Shown: positions 10,117 through 23,662 of the stretch, piece by piece
How the letters are laid out: the number at the start of each line of letters is the position of its first letter
Position numbering within the stretch: the stretch's first letter is position 1
Source of the DNA: Alphaproteobacteria bacterium
GTDB lineage: Bacteria; Pseudomonadota; Alphaproteobacteria; UBA7887
DNA length: 64,000 bases
Assembly (NCBI GenBank): GCA_965216755.1
Contig: CBDCGL010000011.1
Location: 864,001-928,000, forward strand
Direction: 5' to 3'
Made by a program: the position numbers and the translations under genes
The notes under the pieces: model-generated
Databases searched by the model: none
The model's input: only the letters and a program-made list of their open reading frames with translations
What the model was told of the DNA's origin: nothing

Positions 10117-10309
10117 GCTCCCAATGAATCATTGGGTCGGGCCAGTGTCAACGGTGAGACGTTGTGTTGGTGCCCCAACGTGACCTCAATGCCACAGTTG
10201 ACGCGCACAACATACATGCCGACATGACCATCACCGCTGACATGATTAGACGGCTATTGGCGCGCCAGACACAAAATCTGGCGATGTTCGATAGCCAGAC
10301 ATTCAGTAT

Positions 10310-11608
<1,299 letters not shown>

Positions 11609-11632
11609 CTACATGCGCAGCGCAACAACGCC

Positions 11633-12481
11633 TCACATTGGGTGCTGTTTCGCCGTCTGATCGAGTTCTACAAGAACTTCCAATAATCTAGGTAACTCTT
11701 TAATAGGAAGCATGTTCGGCCCATCCGACGGAGCCGAATCGGGATCTTGATGGGTCTCCATGAACACCATTGCAACGCCGATCGAAACCGCCGCGCGCGC
11801 CAGAACAGGCACAAATTCGCGCTGGCCACCGCTGCGCCCGCCAAGGCCACCGGGCTGCTGTACCGAATGCGTCGCGTCGAAGACGACAGGACACCCAGTC
11901 GAGCGCGCCAGAATGGGCAGCGCCCGCATGTCGGAAACCAGCGTGTTGTAGCCGAAGCTCACCCCGCGTTCGCAGACCAAGACATTCGAGTTGCCGGAGG
12001 CCTCGATCTTGGCGGCCACGTTGATCATGTCCCACGGCGCCAAAAACTGCCCCTTCTTCACGTTGATGACACGCCCAGTTGCCGCCGCGGCGACCAAAAG
12101 ATCGGTTTGGCGGCACAGAAATGCCGGGATTTGGAGAACGTCGACGGCCTCCGCGACAGCTCCGCACTGCGCCGGATCGTGGACGTCGGTCAATACGGGG
12201 CAGCCGAATTTGTCCCGCAGTTCGGCCAAAATTGGCAGGCTCTTGGCCATACCCAGCCCGCGTGCGCCGTCCAGGCTGGTGCGGTTAGCTTTGTCGAACG
12301 ACGTCTTATAAACCAATCCGATGCCGAGATTGGCGCATATTTCGACCAGGGCGTGGCACATTTCCTGCGCGTGATCGCGGCTTTCCAGCGCGCAAGGCCC
12401 CGCTATCAGTGCCAACGGGCGGTCATTGCCCACCGTGATAGAACCGATCGAAACGTGTTTCGTCGCAGCGGCTTGTGTCAT
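11633..12481 (-). CDS. kdsA: KDO8P synthase
   Basis: Motifs IAGPC, SFDKANRTS, QIPAFLCRQTD, DATHSVQ and SDGPN. Confidence 0.97.
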   Translation of the reverse strand: MTQAAATKHVSIGSITVGNDRPLALIAGPCALESRDHAQEMCHALVEICANLGIGLVYKTSFDKANRTSLDGARGLGMAKSLPILAELRDKFGCPVLTDVHDPAQCGAVAEAVDVLQIPAFLCRQTDLLVAAAATGRVINVKKGQFLAPWDMINVAAKIEASGNSNVLVCERGVSFGYNTLVSDMRALPILARSTGCPVVFDATHSVQQPGGLGGRSGGQREFVPVLARAAVSIGVAMVFMETHQDPDSAPSDGPNMLPIKELPRLLEVLVELDQTAKQHPM

Positions 12482-12484
12482 GAG

Positions 12485-14119
<1,635 letters not shown>

Positions 14120-14236
14120 CTAACCTAGACGATCTTGGCAATACGCCAAACACAAAGCGACAACGGCCTGGCGACGTTCATTCCATGTCAATGTGGCCGA
14201 CGCCTCAATTGTGTGGCGAACGACGGGGATACGGTC

Positions 14237-14572
14237 CTACTCTTCGACCGGAACTTGCGGTCCGGTCGCGGGCGTATCTTCCACCACCGGTGCCGGCGCC
14301 GAGCTCTCGGCAGGCGCCGCGTCGAGAATCGACGACGGCTGGCTGGAGCGCGACGCAATAAAGGCCAATCCAAGACTGGTGATCATGAAACACGCCGCAA
14401 TCACGGCTGTGGTTCGAGTCAGAAGGTTCGCGGACTGTCGGCCCGACATCATGCCACCGAAAACACCACCACCCAGGCCACCGAGCGCGCCGCCATCGCT
14501 GCGTTGGATCAAAACAACAACAACCAACGAAACTGCCAGAATGATATGGATGACGAGCAAAAACGCTTGCAT
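14237..14572 (-). CDS. secG: Preprotein translocase subunit SecG
   Basis: Two TM helices around LIQRSDGGALGG, plus NLLTRTT. Lies between tpiA and pyrG. Confidence 0.92.
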   Translation of the reverse strand: MQAFLLVIHIILAVSLVVVVLIQRSDGGALGGLGGGVFGGMMSGRQSANLLTRTTAVIAACFMITSLGLAFIASRSSQPSSILDAAPAESSAPAPVVEDTPATGPQVPVEE

Positions 14573-14608
14573 TTCAACACCTTGCTGTTGCGCCCCGACA
14601 GACTGTGG

Positions 14609-15391
14609 CTAGTGCCCGTGAGCCGACGCCGCCTCACAAATGGCCCAAAAGTCGTCAGCCTTCAAGCTCGCGCCACCAATCAAGCCACCGTCCACGTTTT
14701 CAACAGCCATTAAGTCGCCGGCATTGTCCGGCTTGACGGAGCCGCCATACAGTAGCCTGATCGCCCGCCCTGCGTCGCCGAGTCGTTTCGACAGGCGGTC
14801 GCGCACAAACTGGTGCACATTCGCGACGTCGGTGGTCGTCGGCGTGCGCCCCGTCCCAATTGCCCATACTGGCTCATAGGCCACGACGACAGGCTCCGCC
14901 GCGGCTTCGTCCGGTATCGATTCGTCAAGTTGATTGCCAACAACCTCAAGCGTTTGGCCCGCGTTGCGCTCCGTCTCTGTCTCACCAACACAGATGATCG
15001 GACACATGCCGGTGTCAAGCGCAGCCTTGGCTTTGGCACGAACCAGGTCACTCGGTTCGCCGTGATCCGTGCGCCGTTCCGAATGGCCGACGATCACATA
15101 TCGACAGCCGATGTCGGCCAGCATTGATGCCGAAATGTCGCCGGTATGGGCGCCGGAAACAGCCGTCGCGCAATCTTGCGCACCAAGTGCGATCGCTGCG
15201 CCCGCATCCGATATCTGCCGACCGACCAAGTGTAGCAACGTGGCCGGCGGGCACACTGCCAATTCGGCTGTGGCGTCAGCGACCCCGACATGTCTGACAA
15301 GGGCATCGATGCGCGCGGCGCTGTCCGCGCGCAAACCATTCATTTTCCAGTTTCCGGCAACAAGTGGGCGTCGGCGAGGTTGTGTCGTCAT
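14609..15391 (-). CDS. tpiA: Triosephosphate isomerase
   Basis: Motifs [24 protein letters not shown] and YGGSV. Start at ATG 15391. Confidence 0.97.
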   Translation of the reverse strand: MTTQPRRRPLVAGNWKMNGLRADSAARIDALVRHVGVADATAELAVCPPATLLHLVGRQISDAGAAIALGAQDCATAVSGAHTGDISASMLADIGCRYVIVGHSERRTDHGEPSDLVRAKAKAALDTGMCPIICVGETETERNAGQTLEVVGNQLDESIPDEAAAEPVVVAYEPVWAIGTGRTPTTTDVANVHQFVRDRLSKRLGDAGRAIRLLYGGSVKPDNAGDLMAVENVDGGLIGGASLKADDFWAICEAASAHGH

Positions 15392-15509
15392 AACAGTTGC
15401 GTAATTGTGCGCCTGTGGGGAATGTGTCGCCGTCAATCGGCGCTGATGCCGTGCGGTTTAGCACAGTGTGCGAGATGGGCATAGCATGGCCGCACATCTT
15501 TGTTGGCGG

Positions 15510-15538
15510 TTGCCGGCGACCGGCGCCACCTCTATCAT
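15510..15538 (+). promoter_or_regulatory. Putative sigma70 promoter for ppiD-trpE
   Basis: TTGCCG-N17-TATCAT, about 65 nt upstream of the ATG. Confidence 0.5.
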
Positions 15539-15603
15539 GCGCCGCCGCGAATGTACCGGTGTAACCGGTTTGATTTCAATATTTTATCGGGTCGTTCCTG
15601 GCT

Positions 15604-17517
15604 ATGTTAAATTCACTCCGTAAGGCGTCCAAAGGTTGGGTGGCGTCGGTCTTGGTTGGATTGCTGGTGCTGGCCTTCGCGACCTGGGGCGTCGGCGACA
15701 TCTTTAGGGGCGCCACGGACCCCAATGTCGCGGTGGTCGGCGACATCGATATCTCCGCCTCGCGTTTGGATCGCGAGTTTCGCACAGAGCTTGAGCGCTA
15801 TCGGGCTCTCAGTGGCGGCAACTTCTCAGCCCAACAGGCCGTGGCCCTCGGCTTGGTTCAACAAACCCTGAACCGAATCGTGACTGACGCGGCATATGCG
15901 CAGGAAACCTACGACCTCGGGCTCGCGGTTGACGATCAAATCGTGGCCCAAGTAATCAGAAGCACGCCGGCTTTTCAGGACAGCCTGACAGGCGAGTTCC
16001 GGCGAGAGTATTTCGAATATTCTTTGCAGCAGTCTCGCATGTCGGAAGAGCAATATGTCGCCAGCGTGCGCGCAAACCTTGTACGTCAGACACTCTTGGA
16101 CGGAATTAGCACCGGGATAACGGTGCCCAAACCCATGCTGGAGCAACTCTACCGATTCCGGGAGCAGAGGCGTGTCGCCGATATTGCCGTGATCAGCGTC
16201 GGCAATCTGGAGTCCCCGCCCGACCCCGATGATGCTGTGCTGCGCACATTCTACGAGGAGAATCCGGAGCAGTTCACGGCACCCGAATATCGATCCATAA
16301 CGCTGGTGGCCCTGCGGCCCGCGGATTTCTTGGACGAGGTTGACGTCTCGGAAGACGAGGTGCGCGACGAGTACGAGGCGCGCCAGGACGAATATTTCGA
16401 GCCGGAGCGACGCGATATCGATGTGATCGTGTTTGGCGATAAGGCTGCCGCCGAAGCGGCCCAAACCGAAATCAATGACGGTCGCGACTTCCTGGAAGTC
16501 GGGGCCGAAGCAACCGGTATGAGCGCAGAGGAATTTCGCCAAGGACAAATTCTTGCCGATGAGCTTCCGTCACTGCTTTCAGATCCGGTTTTCGCGCTCG
16601 AGGCAGGGGAAATCAGCGAACCGCTAGAAAGCGGATTCGGCTGGAATATCGTACGGGTCAACGAAATCATCACGGGCAAGAACATCCCATTTGAAGACGC
16701 GCGGGCCGAGGTCGAGGAAAAGCTCAAACTGGTCAGTGCGGGCGACGTTGTCTTCGATCTGTCCAACAACCTTCTGGACGAATTGGCAGGTGGCGCAAGT
16801 CTGGAACAGGCGGCCGCAAGTGTTGGCGCTTCTACCGAGAACTTCGCCGCAGCCGACGCGTTGGGGCAAGGAGACGACGGCAAGCGCTTGGACAATCTCG
16901 CGGAACTTGAGCAAGTCTTGTCCGCCGCCTTCGAATTGGCGGAAGGTGCCGAGTCTGACGTGATTGAAACCGACGACGGCGCGGCCGTCATTGTTCGCGT
17001 CGATTCGATTACGGCGCCCGTGGTCAAGCCATTTGAGACCGTGCGCATTCAGGCGCTCCTGTCTTGGCAAAGCGAAAACCGACAGCAACGCGCCGAGCTA
17101 CTGGCCCAGGAAATCGCAACCAGCGCCGCGGAGATCGGCGATCTTGCCGTCGCGGCGTCACGCCTGGCCGTACCCGTCCAGACAACATCACCGTTTACGC
17201 GTGATGGGCGCGACCTTGGCCTGCCGCTAGGTCGACAAACAGTGGACGCCATTTTCGGCCTTGAGAGCGGGGAGGTGTCCGGTGCGGTGGCCGAGGATGG
17301 CGGACGCTACGTGGTGGCGCAGCTCAAAGAAATTGTTGAAACCGCGCCCGACACGGTGGCGGAAAATGATCTTGAAGTGTTGACAAATCAGCTCAATAGC
17401 GCGTTAGCCAACGATCTGGTTGCGAGCTACAGCGCGGATGTGCGCGAGCGTCTCGGAGTTAACATCTATGAAGACCGAATAAACAAGCTCCTGATCGAGC
17501 CGGTCTTGGAACAGTGA
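15604..17517 (+). CDS. ppiD: PpiD-like membrane-anchored periplasmic chaperone (SurA N-terminal and parvulin domains)
   Basis: N-terminal TM (FATWGVGD), SurA-N region and parvulin-like GEISEPLESGFGW. Divergent from tpiA and upstream of trpE. Confidence 0.88.
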   Translation: MLNSLRKASKGWVASVLVGLLVLAFATWGVGDIFRGATDPNVAVVGDIDISASRLDREFRTELERYRALSGGNFSAQQAVALGLVQQTLNRIVTDAAYAQETYDLGLAVDDQIVAQVIRSTPAFQDSLTGEFRREYFEYSLQQSRMSEEQYVASVRANLVRQTLLDGISTGITVPKPMLEQLYRFREQRRVADIAVISVGNLESPPDPDDAVLRTFYEENPEQFTAPEYRSITLVALRPADFLDEVDVSEDEVRDEYEARQDEYFEPERRDIDVIVFGDKAAAEAAQTEINDGRDFLEVGAEATGMSAEEFRQGQILADELPSLLSDPVFALEAGEISEPLESGFGWNIVRVNEIITGKNIPFEDARAEVEEKLKLVSAGDVVFDLSNNLLDELAGGASLEQAAASVGASTENFAAADALGQGDDGKRLDNLAELEQVLSAAFELAEGAESDVIETDDGAAVIVRVDSITAPVVKPFETVRIQALLSWQSENRQQRAELLAQEIATSAAEIGDLAVAASRLAVPVQTTSPFTRDGRDLGLPLGRQTVDAIFGLESGEVSGAVAEDGGRYVVAQLKEIVETAPDTVAENDLEVLTNQLNSALANDLVASYSADVRERLGVNIYEDRINKLLIEPVLEQ

Positions 17518-19022
17518 CCGTTTTTCCCGCTTTCGACGAATTTCGGGCGCCCTATCAAGCCGGTACAGCGCAGGTCGTTTGGACACGCCTGGTGGCCGAT
17601 CTTGAAACGCCGGTTTCAGCGATGTTGAAATTGGCCGATGGGCGCCGCAACAGCTTCTTGCTGGAATCGGTCGAAGGTGGTGCCGTGCGCGGCAGGTATT
17701 CGGTTATCGGGCTTTATCCAGACCTGATATGGCGCTGCTTCGGCGATCGGGTCGAAATCAACCGCAATGCCCGGTTTGATACGGCTTCGTTCGAGGCTTG
17801 CGACCAGCCCGTCTTCGATTCTTTGCGTGCCATAATTGCCGAATCCAAAATCGATCTGCCTGATGCCTTGCCGCCCATGGCCGCGGCTCTGATCGGCTAT
17901 ATGGGCTACGATATGGTCCGGCTGATGGAACGTTTGCCGACCGACAACCCCGACATTTTGGCGGTTCCAGACAGCATGTTCATGCGCCCAACCATCATGG
18001 CCATTTTCGACACGATCGAGGATGTGGTCATCGTGGTCACACCGGTGCGCCCCGTCGAAGGCATCGACGCGGCCGCGGCCTATGCGCTGGCCCGTGAACG
18101 TTTGGCGGACGTCGTCTTCGATTTCGAGCGCAATGTCCCGATTGCGTACGAAACAAGGCCGAAACGCGCGCGCGAGGTGGAACCGGTCACGAATCTGACG
18201 CCGCAGACATATCGCGACATGGTAATGCGCGCCAAGGACTACATCGCCGCCGGCGATATCTTCCAAGTGGTGCTGTCTCAACGTCAAAGTATCCCTTTCG
18301 AATTGCCGCCCTTTTCCCTTTATCGGGCGCTGCGCCGCCTCAACCCCTCGCCATTTTTGTTCTATTTGGATTGGGGCGATTTCGCCATCGTCGGTTCCAG
18401 CCCCGAGATCCTGGTCCGCCTGCGCGATGACATCGTGACGATCCGACCGTTGGCCGGCACCCGCCCCCGTGGTGCCGATCGCGTGGAAGACGAACAGCTG
18501 GCGGCTGATTTGTTGGCTGACCCGAAGGAGCGCGCCGAACATCTCATGCTCCTGGATCTCGGACGCAATGACGTCGGCCGCGTGGCGAAGATCGGAACAA
18601 TGGACGTGACCGAACAAATGGAGATCGAGCACTATAGCCACGTGATGCATATTGTCTCGAACGTGCAAGGGCAGATTCGGCCGGATTGCGATGCAACTGA
18701 TGCCTTAATCGGCGGTTTTCCCGCGGGTACCGTGAGCGGTGCGCCCAAAGTACGAGCGATGGAGATCATCGACGAGCTTGAGCCGGACCGGCGCAGCGTT
18801 TATGGCGGTTGCGTCGGTTATTTTGCCGCCAACGGCTCCATGGATACGTGTATAGCGTTGCGCACTGCGGTGATCAAAGACAGCCGCATGTACGTTCAAG
18901 CGGGCGCCGGAATTGTCGCGGACAGCGACCCCGAGTCGGAACATCAAGAATGTCAAAACAAGGCACGGGCATTGCTGCGTGCCGCGGAGGAAGCTGTCAG
19001 CTTTGCCACGCGGCGCGGTTGA
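17514..19022 (+). CDS. trpE: Anthranilate synthase component I
   Basis: Motifs LLESVEGG, GDIFQVVLS, NPSPF, EHLMLLDLGRND and PAGTVSGAPK. Confidence 0.97.
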   Translation: MTVFPAFDEFRAPYQAGTAQVVWTRLVADLETPVSAMLKLADGRRNSFLLESVEGGAVRGRYSVIGLYPDLIWRCFGDRVEINRNARFDTASFEACDQPVFDSLRAIIAESKIDLPDALPPMAAALIGYMGYDMVRLMERLPTDNPDILAVPDSMFMRPTIMAIFDTIEDVVIVVTPVRPVEGIDAAAAYALARERLADVVFDFERNVPIAYETRPKRAREVEPVTNLTPQTYRDMVMRAKDYIAAGDIFQVVLSQRQSIPFELPPFSLYRALRRLNPSPFLFYLDWGDFAIVGSSPEILVRLRDDIVTIRPLAGTRPRGADRVEDEQLAADLLADPKERAEHLMLLDLGRNDVGRVAKIGTMDVTEQMEIEHYSHVMHIVSNVQGQIRPDCDATDALIGGFPAGTVSGAPKVRAMEIIDELEPDRRSVYGGCVGYFAANGSMDTCIALRTAVIKDSRMYVQAGAGIVADSDPESEHQECQNKARALLRAAEEAVSFATRRG

Positions 19023-19028
19023 CTGAGC

Positions 19029-20351
19029 TTATTGTTTGAATGTTTCGGGCCCTAGGGCGGTTGACTGTGCCACCCACGGCCGGGACTCGTCGACTTTGGC
19101 CACCGCCGTAATGGGCACCAGATCAAATCCGCGCTCGCGAACACCAGAAATCCACGATCTCAGGACCCTAAGCGTCATCGGATAAGGGTGACATAGTGCT
19201 ACGGCGCGACCATAGCGCTTGGCGTGGCGTTCGGTTTCGTAGAGCTGCGCGAGGATGTTTGCTTCGTTCTGCTCGTTGTCCAGAAATACGTGGCGCCCTG
19301 CGACCGCCACATTCATGTCGTTGGCGACATCATGTGCGACGGATTTCGGCGCCGTCCGCGAATCTAGGAACATCAATCCACGCGCATGCAGCTCGCCCAT
19401 GATCAATTGCATGGCTTGTGGCGTTGAGGTGAAGCGGCTGCCCATATGGTTGTTAAGACCAACTTCGCCGGGCACTCGGTCCAGCGCCCAGCGCATGCGC
19501 CTTATTATCTCCGAATCGCCCAGGTCAACCAGCAATGCATTCGGGCCGGGATCTTTGTCGCCATATGGTTCCATTGGCATGTGAACCAAAATTTCGTGGC
19601 CGGCGTCACGCGCCGCGGCCGCGAGACTATTCACATGCCTGGCGTAGGGTAGGAATGACAAGGTAACTGCCGGATCTAAATCAATAGCCTGGCGCGCCAA
19701 GGTCCGACTGAGTCCGACATCGTCGACAACAATCGCGATCCGTGGCCGCTCGCCGCTGGGCGTTGGCACATCTTGCTTGAACCGGCGCCACGCCGGTGCC
19801 GGCAGTGCGATTTCCAATTCCAATGGCGCATGCAGGAGATAATCGATCGTGCGCGTGGTCAATGATCGCCCGACCCTGTCATTCTTGTTTAGAACGGTTT
19901 GAACGCCAACCGGAACCCCAACTGAAGCGCCTGCGTCCCAGCGACTTTCGGGTGTCGGCGGCAATGCAAGCGCTGGCATCTGGCCAAGCGCGGCCAATTC
20001 GACCTCGGCACGATCGGCGAACATTCCGGCCACCGGCAAGTCGTCGATAGCCGGTGGTGGCATGGTGACTTTGCCGACCGGGTCAAGAGACGTCGCCCCG
20101 ACCGTATTTGCGACGCGCGAATACGTTTGGGCAATATCCGGCGATGTGATTGACGGGCGCGTCACCTGCGGCGTTAAGGCCACCGCCCCGGCCGTGGCAT
20201 CGAACTCCAGGTCGGCGGTCACCAGCGCCAGAACCGCACCTCCAGAGAAGCCCGTGACGATCATGGCGGTCCCGATAGCCAACACACGTGCCACACGCGC
20301 CGGGCGACGCCGGTGGGCAACGATATAGCGGTGGTCCCTGGCCATGGTCAT
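19029..20351 (-). CDS. Divergent polysaccharide deacetylase family protein (YibQ/DUF610-like), membrane anchored
   Basis: Motifs IAIVVDDVG, HEILVHMPMEP, NNHMGS, FLDSRT and VFLDN, after an N-terminal TM helix and Pro-rich linker. Start 20351 or 20345 rather than 20561. Confidence 0.88.
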   Translation of the reverse strand: MTMARDHRYIVAHRRRPARVARVLAIGTAMIVTGFSGGAVLALVTADLEFDATAGAVALTPQVTRPSITSPDIAQTYSRVANTVGATSLDPVGKVTMPPPAIDDLPVAGMFADRAEVELAALGQMPALALPPTPESRWDAGASVGVPVGVQTVLNKNDRVGRSLTTRTIDYLLHAPLELEIALPAPAWRRFKQDVPTPSGERPRIAIVVDDVGLSRTLARQAIDLDPAVTLSFLPYARHVNSLAAAARDAGHEILVHMPMEPYGDKDPGPNALLVDLGDSEIIRRMRWALDRVPGEVGLNNHMGSRFTSTPQAMQLIMGELHARGLMFLDSRTAPKSVAHDVANDMNVAVAGRHVFLDNEQNEANILAQLYETERHAKRYGRAVALCHPYPMTLRVLRSWISGVRERGFDLVPITAVAKVDESRPWVAQSTALGPETFKQ

Positions 20352-20620
20352 CTGTAATTGTCCCTGCCCTGGCTCTGTATCCCGCCGATCGTTTGCATGC
20401 GGGCGGGTTTGATCCTCACCAGGATCGCAAGCCTTAGTCCTATATATCGCGGCCTCGGAGTCAGCGAAAGAGTTTGCGACATGCGCGAGTATTCGTCCAC
20501 TCAGCTGGGAACGGTTTCTTTTGGTTGACTGAACGGAAGGCGCTTGGTTTGTTTCGAGCATGCCGACGGCGCAAAAATCGCTTCACTACAGACCTAATAT
20601 AGTCTTCCTTACAAGTTGAA

Positions 20621-21205
20621 ATGTTTGTCTTAATCGATAATTACGACAGCTTCACTTACAACCTGGTCCACTTTTTGGGCGAACTGGGGGTAAACGTGCG
20701 CGTTTACCGCAACGATGTCGTAAGCGCCGAAGAGATCGTGACTTCAAAACCACAGGGCATCATCTTGTCTCCTGGGCCTTGCGATCCGGACAAGGCGGGG
20801 ATCTGCCTGGATCTCGTCCGCGCCGCGGCCGGGCACGTGCCCGTGCTGGGCGTGTGCCTGGGTCATCAGGCAATCGCCCAGGCCTTTGGTGCGCGAATCG
20901 TCCGTGCACCAGTCATGATGCACGGCAAGTTGAGTGCGATTTACCACGATGGGAAGAGCTTGTTTACCGACCTACCCTCGCCCTTTACGGCGACCCGTTA
21001 TCACTCGCTGACGGTTGAACCGAAGTCGGTCCCGGAAACGTTACACGTTGTTGCGCGGACCCAAGATGATGTGATCATGGCCATCGAACATCGGGAATAT
21101 CCGATATATGGCGTGCAATTTCATCCCGAAAGCATTGCGTCAGAACATGGCCACGCGCTGCTCGCGAATTTCCTCAAGGTTGCCGGAACCAAACGCGCGG
21201 CTTGA
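20621..21205 (+). CDS. trpG: Anthranilate synthase component II (glutamine amidotransferase)
   Basis: Motifs IDNYDSFTYN, SPGP, GVCLGHQ, RYHSL and QFHPES. Confidence 0.96.
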   Translation: MFVLIDNYDSFTYNLVHFLGELGVNVRVYRNDVVSAEEIVTSKPQGIILSPGPCDPDKAGICLDLVRAAAGHVPVLGVCLGHQAIAQAFGARIVRAPVMMHGKLSAIYHDGKSLFTDLPSPFTATRYHSLTVEPKSVPETLHVVARTQDDVIMAIEHREYPIYGVQFHPESIASEHGHALLANFLKVAGTKRAA

Positions 21206-21214
21206 GGCATAGGC

Positions 21215-22234
21215 ATGGAAATCAAACCGCTCATCGCCAAGCTTGCAACCGGCGCCTCGCTCAGCGTCGAGGAAACGCGCAGCGCGTTTGACATCATGAT
21301 GTCGGGTGATGCCACACCTTCGCAGGCCGGTGCTCTGTTGATGGGAATGCGTGTTCGCGGTGAAACGGTAGACGAAATCACCGGCGCGGCGACGGCGATG
21401 CGCGCCAAGGCGCTGTCGATCGACGCGCCGCCGGGAACCATAGATACCTGCGGCACCGGCGGCGATGCCAAAGGGACATTCAATATCTCGACGGCCGCGG
21501 CGTTGATCGTGGCAGCGTGTGGCGTGCCGGTTGCGAAACACGGCAATCGGGCCATGTCGTCTAAGTCGGGTTCGGCCGACGTTCTCGCCGCGCTGGGCGT
21601 CAACATCGACGCCGATATGGCGTTGGTTCAGGAAGCGTTGTGGGACGTGGGCATTGGCTTTCTGATGGCGCCGCGCCACCACGGCGCGATGCGCCACGTC
21701 GCTGGCGCACGTGTCGAGCTTGGTACCCGAACCATTTTCAACTTGCTTGGACCACTGTCCAATCCGGCTGGCGCAAAACGCCAACTGATCGGGGTGTTTG
21801 ATAAGGCTTGGACCGAACCGCTGGCAAAGGTGCTCGGAAACCTTGGATCGGAACGAGTTTGGGTTGTGCACGGCGAAGACGGTATGGACGAATTAACCGC
21901 AACCGGCGCATCACAAGTATCCGAACTCAAGGGCGGGCAGATCCGCACCTTCAGTGTACGGCCCGAAGATGCTGGTGTCGCCGTCGCCGATTTGGATGCA
22001 CTACGGGGTGGCAGCGCCGATGAAAACGCAGCCGCGCTCAAGGCAGTGTTGGCCGGCGCCGCTGGCGCCTATCGCGACATTGCGGTTCTCAATGCCGCTG
22101 CCGCTCTGGTCGTCGCGGACAAAGCCGACGGGCTCGCGTCAGGCGCAACAATGGCCGCACAAGCTATAAACAGCGGTGGCGCCGCGGAGGTGCTCGCGCG
22201 ACTGGTGGCCGTCACCAACCGGCGGTCCAGCTAG
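21215..22234 (+). CDS. trpD: Anthranilate phosphoribosyltransferase
   Basis: Motifs DTCGTGGD, NISTA, KHGNR and GMDE. Confidence 0.97.
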   Translation: MEIKPLIAKLATGASLSVEETRSAFDIMMSGDATPSQAGALLMGMRVRGETVDEITGAATAMRAKALSIDAPPGTIDTCGTGGDAKGTFNISTAAALIVAACGVPVAKHGNRAMSSKSGSADVLAALGVNIDADMALVQEALWDVGIGFLMAPRHHGAMRHVAGARVELGTRTIFNLLGPLSNPAGAKRQLIGVFDKAWTEPLAKVLGNLGSERVWVVHGEDGMDELTATGASQVSELKGGQIRTFSVRPEDAGVAVADLDALRGGSADENAAALKAVLAGAAGAYRDIAVLNAAAALVVADKADGLASGATMAAQAINSGGAAEVLARLVAVTNRRSS

Positions 22235-22330
22235 AGCATTTCACGCTCACATGTGTTCGCATGATATGCTCTATCTATTTGATATCGATCAATATAACTT
22301 GGTTCAAAGCACTTCGTTTGAACGAAGATT
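22232..22330. repeat. AT-rich double-hairpin palindromic element between trpD and trpC
   Basis: TAGAGCATTTCA (22232-22243) pairs with TGATATGCTCTA (22262-22273), one mismatch. A second dyad GTTCAAA...TTTGAAC lies at 22302-22323. Confidence 0.5.
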
Positions 22331-22362
22331 GATCAAGTGCGCCAAATAGGTTGATCTGTACG

Positions 22363-23178
22363 ATGGATGACGTCCTGGCTCGCATTTGCGCCGCAAAACG
22401 CGACCATGTCGCGGCCCGCAAAGCGATCGTATCTGAGGCCGCGCAACTAGAAGCGGTCAAGTCCGTCGCGCCACCGCGGCGATTTGCCGCGCGGTTAGAC
22501 GCCGCGGTCATAGAACTTGGCGTTGGTTTGATCGCCGAAATCAAGAAGGCGTCACCGAGTCGGGGGCTGATTCGTGCCGATTTCGATCCTGGCGTTCTGG
22601 CGCGGGCTTATCGGGCCGGCGCGGCCACATGCCTGTCCGTGCTTACCGACCAGCCCTATTTTCAAGGAGATGATGCGTATCTCGGCGCCGCGCGGAATGC
22701 CGTCGACCTGCCGGTCTTGCGCAAGGATTTTATGATTGATCCGTACCAGATTGTTGAATCCCGTCGGATTGGAGCTGATTGCATTCTGTTGATCATGGCA
22801 GCCCTGACCGACGCCATGGCCGCGGAATTGGAAGCGACGGCAAGAGAGCTTGAAATGGATGTTCTGGTGGAAGTTCACGATGAGGCCGAGCTGGATCGGG
22901 CGCACCGTCTGGACTCACGATTGCTCGGAATCAACAACCGAAATCTCAAGACTCTCGATGTCGACCTCGCGACAACCGAGCGCCTGGCACCTCGTGTCGC
23001 CAGCGACCGTCACGTCGTTTGCGAGAGTGGCATCTATACCGCGGCTGACATTGCGCGGATGACCGATGTCGGCATACGCAGGTTCCTTGTCGGCGAATCG
23101 CTCATGCGCCAGGCCGACGTCGCCGCCGCGACCCGGCAACTTCTTGGCCTTGGCGCCGTGGCCGATTCGACGGCATAA
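22363..23178 (+). CDS. trpC: Indole-3-glycerol phosphate synthase
   Basis: Motifs [28 protein letters not shown] and ESGI. Confidence 0.97.
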   Translation: MDDVLARICAAKRDHVAARKAIVSEAAQLEAVKSVAPPRRFAARLDAAVIELGVGLIAEIKKASPSRGLIRADFDPGVLARAYRAGAATCLSVLTDQPYFQGDDAYLGAARNAVDLPVLRKDFMIDPYQIVESRRIGADCILLIMAALTDAMAAELEATARELEMDVLVEVHDEAELDRAHRLDSRLLGINNRNLKTLDVDLATTERLAPRVASDRHVVCESGIYTAADIARMTDVGIRRFLVGESLMRQADVAAATRQLLGLGAVADSTA

Positions 23179-23179
23179 C

Positions 23180-23662
23180 ATGGCGGAGTTTACGCATTTT
23201 GACGCCGAAGGTAAGGCGATCATGGTCGACGTCGGCGCAAAAAAAGAAACCGAGCGCACGGCGACCGCGGCGGGTTCGGTACTCATGTCTGGCGAAACGC
23301 TGCGTAAGATCGAAGCCGGAGAACACAAGAAAGGCGATGTTTTGGGCGTGGCTCGTTTGGCTGGGATTATGGCCGCGAAACGCACCGCCGATCTAATTCC
23401 GTTGTGCCACCCCCTGGGATTGACGTCGGTTTCGTTGGATTTGAGCTGTGACGCCAGTCGAAACGCCGTCGATATCCGCGCGACGTGCAAGCTTAAAGGA
23501 AGGACCGGCGTCGAGATGGAGGCGTTGACCGCGGTTTCCGTGGCGGCGTTGACGGTTTACGACATGTGCAAGGCGGTCGACCGAGCCATGACAATCAGTG
23601 AAATCCGCCTGCTCCACAAAGCCGGTGGCAAATCGGGCACATTTGGAGCGTCGGACACATGA
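23180..23662 (+). CDS. moaC: Cyclic pyranopterin monophosphate synthase MoaC
   Basis: Motifs [31 protein letters not shown] and YDMCKAVD. Confidence 0.96.
   Translation: MAEFTHFDAEGKAIMVDVGAKKETERTATAAGSVLMSGETLRKIEAGEHKKGDVLGVARLAGIMAAKRTADLIPLCHPLGLTSVSLDLSCDASRNAVDIRATCKLKGRTGVEMEALTAVSVAALTVYDMCKAVDRAMTISEIRLLHKAGGKSGTFGASDT

Noticed and set aside
10252-10297. Nested hairpin after eno (CGCCAGA...TCTGGCG within GGCTAT...ATAGCC)
   Set aside because: No U-tract and no second copy seen. Probably an ordinary mRNA 3' stabilising structure.
17616-18668. Long antisense ORFs, e.g. 350 aa opposite trpE, 293 aa opposite kdsA and 265 aa opposite ppiD
   Set aside because: Shadow ORFs expected from GC-rich codon bias. 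They have no motifs and overlap well-supported genes.
19029-20561. Opposite-strand deacetylase interrupting trpE-trpG as a foreign insertion
   Set aside because: Composition resembles the backbone, there are no mobility signs, and I recall similar arrangements in other Alphaproteobacteria. The ORF extension to 20561 is probably non-coding.
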